Under the pieces are notes generated by a model. It had not been told where the DNA came from. It searched no databases and saw only the letters and a program-made list of their open reading frames with translations. Of a DNA stretch of 64,000 nt, positions 52,335-64,000 are shown in pieces; within the stretch, counting starts at the first letter, position 1, and each line of letters begins with the position of its first letter. The stretch spans positions 42,160,001 to 42,224,000 of the forward strand of contig OZ024750.1 in assembly GCA_964016885.1 (NCBI GenBank), written 5' to 3'. This DNA comes from Eledone cirrhosa (lineage: Eukaryota). A program made the translations under genes and the position numbers.

Positions 52335-53045
52335 GTTTGAGTTCAAATCCCGCCGAGGTTAACTTTGCCTTTCATCCTTACGGGGTCGATAAAATAAAGT
52401 ACCAGTAATACACTGGGTTAATTGCTGGCCTAGTGCCAAAAGTAGAAACAATTATTTCACACCAGGCGTGGATTGGCAGTATTGGTAGAGGCTCAGACGC
52501 CATGCTTTGCAGCATAGAGTTACATCCCTTTATGTTCTGAGTTCAATTCTCGCACGGGGTTAGCTTTGCCTTTCATCCTTACAGGGTCAATAAAATAAAG
52601 TACCAGTAATGTATTGGGGTCGATATAATCGACTTTCCCTTCTCCCCAAATTGCTGGCCTTGTGCCTATAGTAGAAATCTTTATTAAAGTACCAGTAATA
52701 CACTTTGATTGATTTAATCGACTTTCCCCTCTCCCCAAATTGTTGGCCTTCTGCCTATAGTAGAAATCATTATTAAAGTACCAGTAATACACTGGGGGTT
52801 GATTTAATCGACTTTCCCCACTCCCCAAATTGCTGGCCTTCTGCCTATAGTAGAAATCATTATTAAAGTACCAGTAATACACTGGGGGTTGATTTAATCA
52901 ACTTTCCCCACTCCCCAAATTGCTGGCCTTCTGCCTATAGTAGAAATCATTATTAAAGTACCAGTAATACACTGGGGGTTGATTTAATCAACTTTCCCCC
53001 CTCTCCCCAAATTGCTGCCCTTGTGCCTATAGTAGAAATCATTAT
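52335..53045 (+). mobile_element. SINE A copies whose 3' half is tandemly amplified (~90 bp x 5)
   Basis: TATTAAAGTACCAGTAATAC at 52683, 52771, 52861 and 52951; ATTATTTCACAC flanks. Confidence 0.85.
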
Positions 53046-53509
53046 TTCACACACTTCTCTCCCCGATTATGCAATCCCCCCCTCCAAAAACAAACAAGAC
53101 TATCCAAAGATTTCAAAACAATGTTTACAATATTGAAGTAACAGTTACATTCCACGATGTGAGCTTGTAGTTCCTTACTTTGATGATTGACAAGTTCCCA
53201 GACCTCATGTGTTTACCGAGTGGGGTGGAATTTCACAAATCAGACCATGGAAACAATGTTTTCATTGATCTTTCCATTGCTGATACTATCTACTGGTTGC
53301 AACTCTTGGCAGAAACAGCAACGTGAAATAAAGTGTCTTGCTCAAGGACATAATGCATCGCCCGGTTCAGGAATCGAAATCATAAATTCATGTTTGTGTA
53401 TTCTACTCTCTAACCTTTAAGTCATGTGCCTTCATGAGCTAGTGCTAGTAGTAATTACATAAAAAAATGTGTGTGGGGGTGGGGGTGGGGTACATGGCCC
53501 AGTTGTTGG

Positions 53510-56500
53510 GATGTGGGACCCATGGTCATAAGGTTTGATCTCTGAACTAGGTGGCATGTGGGACTCATGGTCATAAGGTTTGATCCCTGAACTAGGGGGC
53601 ATGTGGGACCCATGGTCATAAGGTTTGATACCTGAACTAGGGGGCATGTGGGACCCATGGTCATAAGGTTTGATCCCTGGCATAGGTGGCATGTGGGACT
53701 CATGGTCATATGGTTTGATCCCTGAACTAGGGGGCATGTGGGACCCATGGTCATAAGGTTTGATCCCTGGCATAGGTGGCATGTGGGACTCATGGTCATA
53801 AGGTTTGATCCCTGAACTAGGGGGCATGTGGGACCCATGGTCATAAGGTTTGATCCCTGGCATAGGTGGCATGTGGGACTCATGGTCATATGGTTTGATC
53901 CCTGAACTAGGGGGCATGTGGGACCCATGGTCATAAGGTTTGATCCCTGAACTAGGTGGCATGTGGGACTCATGGTCATATGGTTTGATCTCTGAACTAG
54001 GTGGCATGTGGGACCCATGGTCATAAGGTTTGATCCCTGAACTAGGGGGCATGTGGGACCCATGGTCATAAGGTTTGATCCCTGGCATAGGTGGCATGTG
54101 GGACTCATGGTCATATGGTTTGATCTCTGAACTAGGTGGCATGTGGGACCCATGGTCATAAGGTTTGATCCCTGAACTAGGTGGCATGTGGGACTCATGG
54201 TCATAAGGTTTGATCCCTGAACTAGGGGGCATGTGGGACCCATGGTCATAAGGTTTGATCCCTGAACTAGGGGGCATGTGGGACCCATGGTCATAAGGTT
54301 TGATCCCTGAACTAGGGGGTATGTGGGACCCATGGTCATAAGGTTTGATCCCTGAACTAGGGGGCATGTGGGACCCATGGTCATAAGGTTTGATCCCTGA
54401 ACTAGGGGGCATGTGGGACCCATGGTCATAAGGTTTGATCCCTGAACTAGGGGGCATGTGGGACCCATGGTCATAAGGTTTGATCCCTGAACTAGGGGGC
54501 ATGTGGGACCCATGGTCATAAGGTTTGATCCCTGAACTAGGGGGCATGTGGGACCCATGGTCATAAGGTTTGATCCCTGAACTAGGGGGCATGTGGGACC
54601 CATGGTCATAAGGTTTGATCCCTGAACTAGGTGGCATGTGGGACCCATGGTCATAAGGTTTGATCCCTGAACTAGGGGGCATGTGGGACCCATGGTCATA
54701 AGGTTTGATCCCTGAACTAGGGGGCATGTGGGACCCATGGTCATAAGGTTTGATCCCTGAACTAGGGGGCATGTGGGACCCATGGTCATAAGGTTTGATC
54801 CCTGAACTAGGTGGCATGTGGGACCCATGGTCATAAGGTTTGATCCCTGAACTAGGGGGCATGTGGGACCCATGGTCATAAGGTTTGATCCCTGAACTAG
54901 GGGGCATGTGGGACCCATGGTCATAAGGTTTGATCCCTGAACTAGGTGGCATGTGGGACCCATGGTCATAAGGTTTGATCCCTGAACTAGGGGGCATGTG
55001 GGACCCATGGTCATAAGGTTTGATCCCTGAACTAGGGGGCATGTGGGACCCATGGTCATAAGGTTTGATCCCTGAACTAGGGGGCATGTGGGACCCATGG
55101 TCATAAGGTTTGATCCCTGAACTAGGTGGCATGTGGGACCCATGGTCATAAGGTTTGATCCCTGAACTAGGGGGCATGTGGGACCCATGGTCATAAGGTT
55201 TGATCCCTGAACTAGGGGGCATGTGGGACCCATGGTCATAAGGTTTGATCCCTGAACTAGGGGGCATGTGGGACCCATGGTCATAAGGTTTGATCCCTGA
55301 ACTAGGGGGCATGTGGGACCCATGGTCATAAGGTTTGATCCCTGAACTAGGGGGCATGTGGGACCCATGGTCATAAGGTTTGATCCCTGAACTAGGTGGC
55401 ATGTGGGACCCATGGTCATAAGGTTTGATCCCTGAACTAGGGGGCATGTGGGACCCATGGTCATATGGTTTGATCCCTGGCATAGGTGGCATGTGGGACT
55501 CATGGTCATATGGTTTGATCTCTGAACTAGGTGGCATGTGGGACCCATGGTCATAAGGTTTGATCCCTGAACTAGGTGGCATGTGGGACCCATGGTCATA
55601 TGGTTTGATCCCTGGCATAGGTGGCATGTGGGACTCATGGTCATATGGTTTGATCTCTGAACTAGGTGCCATGTGGGACCCATGGTCATAAGGTTTGATC
55701 CCTGAACTAGGTGGCATGTGGGACCCATGGTCATAAGGTTTGATCCCTGAACTAGGGGGCATGTGGGACCCATGGTCATAAGGTTTGATCCCTGGCATAG
55801 GTGGCATGTGGGACTCATGGTCATATGGTTTGATCTCTGAACTAGGTGGCATGTGGGACCCATGGTCATAAGGTTTGATCCCTGGCATAGGTGGCATGTG
55901 GGACTCATGGTCATATGGTTTGATCTCTGGCATAGGTGGCATGTGGGACTCATGGTCATATGGTTTGATCCCTGAACTAGGGGGCATGTGGGACCCATGG
56001 TCATAAGGTTTGATCCCTGGCATAGGTGGCATGTGGGACTCATGGTCATATGGTTTGATCCCTGGCATAGGTGGCATGTGGGACTCATGGTCATATGGTT
56101 TGATCCCTGAACTAGGTGGCATGTGGGACCCATGGTCATAAGGTTTGATCCCTGGCATAGGTGGCATGTGGGACCCATGGTCATAAGGTTTGATCCCTGG
56201 CATAGGTGGCATGTGGGACTCATGGTCATAAGGTTTGATCCCTGAACTAGGGGGCATGTGGGACCCATGGTCATAAGGTTTGATCCCTGAACTAGGGGGC
56301 ATGTGGGACCCATGGTCATAAGGTTTGATCCCTGAACTAGGGGGCATGTGGGACCCATGGTCATAAGGTTTGATCCCTGAACTAGGTGGCATGTGGGACC
56401 CATGGTCATAAGGTTTGATCCCTGAACTAGGGGGCATGTGGGACCCATGGTCATAAGGTTTGATCCCTGAACTAGGGGGCATGTGGGACCCATGGTCATA

Positions 56501-57390
56501 AGGTTTGATCTCTGAACTAGGGGGCATGTGGGACCCATGGTCATATGGTTTGATCTCTGAACTAGGTGGCATGTGGGACCCATGGTCATATGGTTTGATC
56601 CCTGAACTAGGTGGCATGTGGGACCCATGGTCATAAGGTTTGATCCCTGAACTAGGGGGCATGTGGGACCCATGGTCATAAGGTTTGATCTCTGAACTAG
56701 GGGGCATGTGGGACCCATGGTCATATGGTTTGATCTCTGAACTAGGTGGCATGTGGGACCCATGGTCATATGGTTTGATCCCTGAACTAGGTGGCATGTG
56801 GGACCCATGGTCATAAGGTTTGATCCCTGAGCTAGGGGGCATGTGGGACCCATGGTCATAAGGTTTGATCTCTGAACTAGGGGGCATGTGGGACCCATGG
56901 TCATATGGTTTGATCTCTGAACTAGGTGCCATGTGGGACCCATGGTCATATGGTTTGATCCCTGAACTAGGTGGCATGTGGGACCCATGGTCATAAGGTT
57001 TGATCCCTGAACTAGGGGGCATGTGGGACCCATGGTCATATGGTTTGATCCCTGAACTAGGTGGCATGTGGGACCCATGGTCATATGGTTTGATCCCTGA
57101 ACTAGGGGGCATGTGGGACCCATGGTCATAAGGTTTGATCTCTGAACTAGGTGGCATGTGGGACTCATGGACATAAGGTTTGATCCCTGAACTAGGGGGC
57201 ATGTGGGACCCATGGTCATAAAGGTTTGATCCCTGAACTAGGTCGCTGGCATGTGGGACCCATGGTCATAAGGTTTGATCCCTGGACTAGGTGGCATGTG
57301 GGACCCATGGTCATAAGGTTTGATCCCTGGACTAGGTGGCATGTGGGACCCATGGTCATAAAGGTTTGATTCCTGAACTAGGGGGCATGT
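53510..57390. repeat. satellite D: ~86 units of 45 bp, GCATGTGGGACCCATGGTCATAAGGTTTGATCCCTGAACTAGGGG
   Basis: Read directly; lies between a SINE A-box-like segment (53490) and TTCTTGAGCAAGATGCTTCATTTCA (57395). Confidence 0.97.
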
Positions 57391-57783
57391 TGTATTCTTG
57401 AGCAAGATGCTTCATTTCATGTTGTTTTTCGGGATATGACTGAGGTCCTTATTAAAACACCCAGGAAACCTGTGAGATGCAACCATGTTGGAAGTGAAAG
57501 GCATAAGCTGTAACAATATGATAGGACTGAAGTCCTCAATTATTGAAGCTCCTAAGAAACTTCTAATGTGATGCAACCTGATAGGAGGCCAGCTAAAGCT
57601 AAATGGGTGTCAGCTGTAACAACAATGATAGGATTGAGGCCCTTAATAAAACACCTGAAAATCCTCCAATGAGATGTAAACTGTAACAGCAACTGTAGGA
57701 CTAGTATGTTTTTCTGTTTCATGTTCAGAGATGATTGTCAGCCAGACAAGAAGCTAAAGTATTTCCTTGATATAACTTTACAT

Positions 57784-58074
57784 TTAACCCTTTAGCATTC
57801 ACATTACTCTATATATATTATTATATTTTCATGGTAAAGGCTTTACCTCGTATAATTATCTCACATAATATTCACATTACTCTATATATACTATTATATT
57901 TTCATGGTAAAGGCTTTGCCTCATATAATTATCTCACATAATATCGAATCTATGAGATTTTGAAAGTATTTATTTTGAGAACAATACCTTAACATCAGTT
58001 TGAGTGACCAGTTACAGCCAGTTTCAACAGAAAGAGGTAGAGAATTCTGGCCGGTTTGAACATTAAAGGGTTAA
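57784..58074 (+). mobile_element. M1 MITE, two-unit copy
   Basis: TTAACCCTTTAGCATT ... ATTAAAGGGTTAA. Confidence 0.9.
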
Positions 58075-58583
58075 TATGTCCTCAAATCAACATATATATG
58101 ATATAGTTTTTATATACCATTGCGTTTAAAATATTTTTCTTGATACACTGTAAATGTGGTTGGAGTTAGGAAGGGCTTCCAGCTCTAAAATACCCAACCA
58201 CATTTATACCAGAGCAAGGTGCGACATGACCAAACATACCTCCTGATATGATAGACCTGTCTAATCCATGCAAAGTAATGGAAGAATTGACGCTAAACAG
58301 AAATGATGATGATATAACTGTTTACATTTAATCTGTCCTCAAATCAACAAATATCTGATATATTTTTTATACCACTGCCTTTGTCTGCCATTATACCCAT
58401 GCAGGAGTCTTAAAATATCTTTCTCGATATAGCTGTTGTTTACATTAAATTTGTCCTCAAATCAACATATATATGATAGATTTTTTATACTGTTGCCTTT
58501 AAAATGATCTTTCTTGGCATCATGGCTGTTGTTTACATTAAATTTGTCTCTGATGTAAGATAGATTTTTTTATACCATTGCCT

Positions 58584-58900
58584 TTAACCCTTTAGCATTC
58601 AGATTACTCTATATATACTATTATATTTTCACAGTAAAGGCTTTACCTTACATAATATCTCACATAACATTTACATTACTCTCATCATCATCATCACTCT
58701 ATGTATACTTTTATATTTTCATAGTAAAGGCTTTATCTCACATAATATCTCACATAATATCGAATCTATGAGATTTTGAAAGTATTTATTTTGAGAACAA
58801 TACCTTAACATCAGTTTGAGTGACCAGTTACAGCCAGTTTCAACAGAAAAAGGTAGAGAATTCTGGCCGGTTTTGGCCAGTTTGAACATTAAAGGGTTAA
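58584..58900 (+). mobile_element. M1 MITE, two-unit copy
   Basis: TTAACCCTTTAGCATT ... ATTAAAGGGTTAA. Confidence 0.9.
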
Positions 58901-59085
58901 AACATGTTTCTTGACATGGCTGTTTACTTTTATCCCCAAATCTATATATATATATATATATACACACATACACACACACACATATATAAATATATGATTG
59001 ATATATTTTTTATACCACTGCCTTGCTCTATCATTTCAATATAATATAATGAAAGTTTAATTTCAACATTTTACCTTTATTGCAG

Positions 59086-59154
59086 GTTTGATGGTTGAGA
59101 AAAATTAAAGTTTATAAATTGCTTTCCAAGAATGGATAACAAACAAAACATTAG
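59086..59154 (+). other. candidate 69-nt exon containing a possible start codon (MDNKQNI..)
   Basis: TTTTACCTTTATTGCAG acceptor; AG|GTTGGT donor; ATG at 59132. Confidence 0.35.
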
Positions 59155-59519
59155 GTTGGTGCATATTTTTATTTTATTTTATTTTATTTTTATTTTTTAA
59201 ATATTTTTCTCAATTTTTATATTTGAAAAAAATATGAAATACTCCTAACCCTATATTTATATTTTTACCTTTTATTTACCTCCCAGTTCATCAGGTACAC
59301 CTGTATATGTGTTTTATAAATTTATATTTCAGTAACTTGATCAATGAGACAATTATAATACCATTTATTTCATGGATTGGTTCTTCAGTTAGGGCCATAG
59401 TTACAATAGTACTTAGTGTTCTGGATATATTTTATAGTGTGTGGGTTCTTAAACCAGGGAGACTTACCATGTCCCTTACCTCTAGGATTTCAAGAGGGGA
59501 TGGGTGTCACTGTTTAGAT

Positions 59520-60426
59520 CAGAGGTTGTGAAACTTTATAGGCCCCCACTCCACCTCACAGTCACGTAATACCCTCAGTGTCCCACCCCTATTTCAAGCC
59601 TACACACAAATCGTAAATAATATATAATAAATAAAATCATTATTTTATATATAATAAATAATTGTTTCTACTTTAGGCACAAGGCCAGCAATTACTCAGT
59701 GCATTACTGGTACTTTATTTTATCGACCTCGTAAGGATGAAAGGCAAAGTTAACCTCGGCGGGATTTGAACTCAGATCGTAAAGGGATGTAACTATGCTG
59801 GAAAGCATGGCGTCCGACCCTCTACCGATACTGCCAATCCACCGCCAATGTATATAATAAATAATATAATATATACTATGTATAAATAAATATAAATTTT
59901 CTGTTTTACTACATTTATATATAATATATCATCATCATCATCATTTTACGTCCGCTTTTCCCTGCTTGCAAGGGTGGGACGGGAACTGATTCTGGCTTGA
60001 TTTCTACAGCTGGATGCCCTTCCTAACACCAACCTCATTTACAGTGAGTGCTGGGTGCTTTTTTGTTGTGGCACCTCCACGACCACTTTGCAGTGGAATG
60101 ATAGGGACCCCAGTCCTATCATCTCATTTCTACAGCTGAGTAAACTGGAGCAATGTGAAATAAAGTGTCTTGCTCAAGGAAACAACACATCCACCCGGTC
60201 TGAGAATTGAACTCACAACCTTTCGATTGCAAGGCCAATGCTCTAACCACTAAGCCATGTGCCTCCATATATATCATTTGATATTTAATATACTGTTATA
60301 TCATCTCTACTGCCCCTACCCCCAGTGCCCACTTAGATCTCTGCTCCCCAGTGCCCACTTAGGTCTCTTCCCCCACTGGACCTCCTCAAGGGGGGGGGGG
60401 GGTAGTGCCCAGTTTGGGAGGCTCTG
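59520..60426. mobile_element. old hAT-like MITE carrying nested SINE A (59659-59846, -) and SINE B (59929-60266, -)
   Basis: GTTTAGAT|CAGAGGTTGTGAAACT ... AGTTTGGGAGGCTCTG|GTTTAGGT; both nested SINEs are full length. Confidence 0.6.
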
Positions 60427-61449
60427 GTTTAGGTAAATATTAACAGATAAGTTCAACCTTTGCTAGCAAGGTAAGTTGAAGATGATGATGATGACATTGA
60501 TGGATAAATATTTCACATTTTTGTGGAAATAATTATAGGTTTCAAGATAGATAGATAATGTTGGGTCCCTGTATGTTGTAAGAAGTGACTAAAAGGGTTG
60601 GCACCAGGAAGGGCTCCTGGCTATAAAACATTGTCTCAAAACATCCCTTCCAACCCATGCTAACATGGAAAAGTCAACATAAAAACGATGATGATGATGA
60701 TGATGATGATCAAAGACTCGTATTTCATTCCAAGACTTTTGAGTGCATTACGGATCTCAAAGGAGAGGGTACAGCAATCCATATATTCAATATGGATTTA
60801 TATCTATCATCATCAAAAAAGGGCTTCGAAGTGTTTGTAGTAAAACTTTGTCAACTGATTCTATGAACCAACGAAGTTAATGGATTCATCTGCAGAATGT
60901 TAATCCTTAACACAAAGCCAAAAACCTTTTTTGAATGTCAGAGGAATACTCATAAAAAAGAAGGGCTTTCATAGAAATGAATCAAAATGTTATTGAAGCT
61001 TTTTTATGTCTTCTGGCACTGGAAGTATTAAAACTGAAAAAAAAGAACCATTCCATACTTTAAGGCACCTTTGATTAAATACAAACCCTGTGCTGTGAAA
61101 TGGGAGGACTTGAGTTGTCAAAATGGTAGTTGTGTTGTCAAAAGAATTGTAAACAAACTTAACCCTTTAGCATTTAAACCAGCATATCCATCGAGGATTC
61201 ACTCTGGAAAGAATATAGTTATTAATAAAGAAGAGTTGAAAATACTGCATGCGAGATTTTACAGCTCTAGCATCACTCCTTCATAGTGTATGCCCTTTTT
61301 CAACCGACACTCGTATTACCATAGAAAGGATCCCACAAGTATTAGGCCTGTCGTGTGGTTCAACAAGGCTAACTCCTTGTTTTAGTAGGGAAAAAGGCTG
61401 TAAAATACTTGTTGCTGTGGCTATTTTATATATAGGGATGGAAGAAGTT

Positions 61450-61593
61450 ACCCAGTACATTACCGGTACCTTATTTTATCGATCCCGTAAGGATGAAAAG
61501 CAAAGTTAACCTCGGCAGGATTTGAGCTCAGACTGTAAAGAGACGTAACTATGCTAGAAAGCATGGCGTCCAACCCTCTACCGATACTGCCAA
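61450..61593 (-). mobile_element. SINE family A, partial
   Basis: GATGAAAAGCAAAGTTAACCTCGGC ... CTACCGATACTGCCAAT. Confidence 0.8.
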
Positions 61594-61906
61594 TGGCGTT
61601 TACCAATGTATATCCTGGTAAAGATTATAGAAGCTCTATACTAATCAGTATCCTTGGTCCAGAGGTAACTGAAGAAGTCTGAGGGAGATTTTAGCCTCAG
61701 TAGATTCTGTTATAGATTGTTATGGCACGAACTGCGGAGCTAAAAATTTAATGAATTGAGAAAGAATAACCAATTTAGACTTCCAACATAATTTTATTCT
61801 ACATATGGACAAATAGCCAATGTATGTTGAGGTATGGCTCGATGGTATATATTGAAATGTACGTAGAATAGAATTATATATATATATATATATATATATA
61901 ATCAAA

Positions 61907-62278
61907 GGCACATGGCTTAGTGGTTAGAGTATTGGGCTTGCAATCGAAATGTTTGTTTACTCAGTTTACTCAGCTGTAGAAATGAGATGAAAGCGACTGG
62001 GGTCCCTATCATTCCACTGCAAAGTGGTCGTGGAGGCGCCACGGCAAAAAAGCACCCAGCCCACACTGTAAAGGGGACATGTAGGCGCCACGGCAAAAAA
62101 GGACCCAGCACTCACTGTAAATGAGGTTGGTGTTAGGAAGCTGTAGAAATCAAGCCAGAATCAGTTCCCGTATGAGCAAAACAAGGTCAGCCGACCGGAC
62201 ACTGCCCACAACAGGACAACCCGTCTAACCCATGCTAGCGTGGAAGAACGGACGTAAAACGGTGATGATTATGATGAT
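61907..62278 (+). mobile_element. SINE family B variant with a longer RTE-like tail
   Basis: tRNA head with an internal deletion; tail TATGAGCAAAACAA ... CCCGTCTAACCCATGCTAGCGTGGAAGAACGGACGTAAAAC(GAT)n. Confidence 0.85.
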
Positions 62279-62673
62279 ATATATATATATAATATCAATA
62301 TATTGTATAGTAATCAGTTGCAATGCGGTTATATTTAGAAGAAAACTGAGAAAATTAGTTATGAAATCATTATTACCAGCATCTGTTGATAATAACACAA
62401 AAGTATTTTTCTATTCAAATAAATTACTAAAATTTACTGTGTATAAATTAACATCCCAATTAAAATATAAAGAAGAAACGGTGTCGGAAGAGAAGAAACA
62501 GATGTTTGCTATTCAGCTGAAAGCAACAGTTGGGTTGTCTCAACTTGTGGAGTGGGTTAGATTTTATTTTTATCATTAGTTTCCTCTCACTCTCTATTTA
62601 GCTGTCTTCTAGTATCTCATCAACACATTCATTCAAAGTCACCATTTTTTTAATAGATTAATTCAAAATATAT

Positions 62674-62863
62674 AATTGTTTCTACTGTTTGGCACAAGGC
62701 CAGCAATAACCCAGTATATTACTGGTACTTTATTTTATCGACCCCGTAAGGATGAAAGGCAAAGTTAACCTCGGCGGGATTTGAACTCAGAATGGCAAGG
62801 GCCGTAACTCTATATGCGTCAAAGCATGGCATCCGACCCTCTACCGATACTGCCAATTCACCG
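62674..62863 (-). mobile_element. SINE family A with a 15-bp TSD TTCAAAATATATAAT
   Basis: Full-length copy with flanking direct repeat; a further copy lies at 63178-63390 (-). Confidence 0.88.
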
Positions 62864-64000
62864 TTTCAAAATATATAATGAGGCCAGTCATGCTATGGAC
62901 TTGTGTCCAACTCAGCGGGTGGTCTTTTCATAAGACTGGGCTCTCTATCATTGAAGCTACTTCAAACATTGTTCAACCCAAGCCAACATTTGCTATAGAC
63001 TTGCGTCCAACTCAGCGGGTGGTCTTTTCATAAGACTGAGCTCTCTATCATTGAAGCTGTTTCAAAACAAAACATTGTACAACCCATGCAATCATAGAAA
63101 AATGGACGTTTCCAATTTTCTAGATGCTATCATTAATTTACTAAACTTGATATCAATTTAACGAAGATTTTAAAGTAATGGTTTCTGTTTTAGGCACAAG
63201 GCCAGCAATTTCGTTGGAAGGGGAAAGTCAATTAAATTGACCCCAGTGCATGACTGGTACTTTATTTTATCGACCCCGTAAGGATGAAAGGCAAAGCTAA
63301 CCTAAGCGTGATTTAAGCTCAGAACGTAAAAGGCCGTAACTATGTTGCGAAGCATGGTTTCTGATGCTCCACCGACTCTGGCAATCCACCAGATTTCCAA
63401 ACAAGGAATATATAATTCATAACCCTTTATTTTGACTTTGACACTGAGTAATTTAATTTTTCGCAGGTACAGCTGTAGGTTTGGGCATGGCTACTTTAGT
63501 ACTCCATGCTTTTGGGATCAATCACACTGCCAGGCACCTTGGACATACGTCTTCTACCATAAACTTGAGTTGATAGATGCCTTATGAGTGATGAATTTGG
63601 TAGACAGAAACTATGACAGAGCCCGTCACACACATGTATACATGCTAGAACCGGGACCCAATGGCCAAGCTCTTTCTGCTTCTAGTCTGGAGTTAGCTGT
63701 CAAAATGGTAAGAGCTCAGCTGTCGGGTTCCGGCTCTTTCTAATATAGCCACACTCTACAATCACAAGTATTGAGTACTCTGTTTAATAATGCTCTTACT
63801 AGTTTAATACAGGTTAAATCCTGATATATGCACCCACCCACGCCCGCATACACACGCACACACACAACTTATTTTTGACAGCTGGGTTGACTGGAGTAAC
63901 ATGAAATAAAGTGTTTTGCTTAAGGACACAACTCAGTGCTTGGTCTGGGAATCGAACTCACAACCTTACAACCGTGAGTCAGACTTCTTCACTGTATTCG

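Noticed and set aside
63467-63590. Exon after the TTTTTCGCAG acceptor
   Set aside because: The downstream sequence is a diverged SINE D copy (GGCACCTTGGACA ... GAATTTGGTAGACAGAAACT)

Overview
Eukaryotic, AT-rich, repeat-saturated non-coding DNA. The SINE, LINE and microsatellite content looks like an octopus (cephalopod) genome; this is my recognition of the repeat families, not a database result. I find no credible intact host gene, only two weak + strand exon candidates. The very long ORFs in the track are artefacts of stop-free tandem repeats. The window contains tRNA-derived SINEs of about 4 families, RTE-clade LINE fragments (one with a PHD-like finger), TTAA/piggyBac-type, hAT and pogo-type MITEs, Penelope-like palindromic elements carrying minimal hammerhead ribozymes, and many minisatellites. 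Highlights: (1) a 30-copy 34-bp array (26.6-27.6 kb) whose unit matches let-7 nt 1-8 and 14-21, so its minus strand reads like a bulged let-7 sponge; (2) minimal type I hammerhead ribozymes with covarying stems at 2.9, 11.8, 12.3 and 12.6 kb; (3) most large arrays arose in situ inside transposon copies (RTE ORF, SINE head, SINE tail, MITE interior); (4) four unrelated arrays share a 33-35 bp period.
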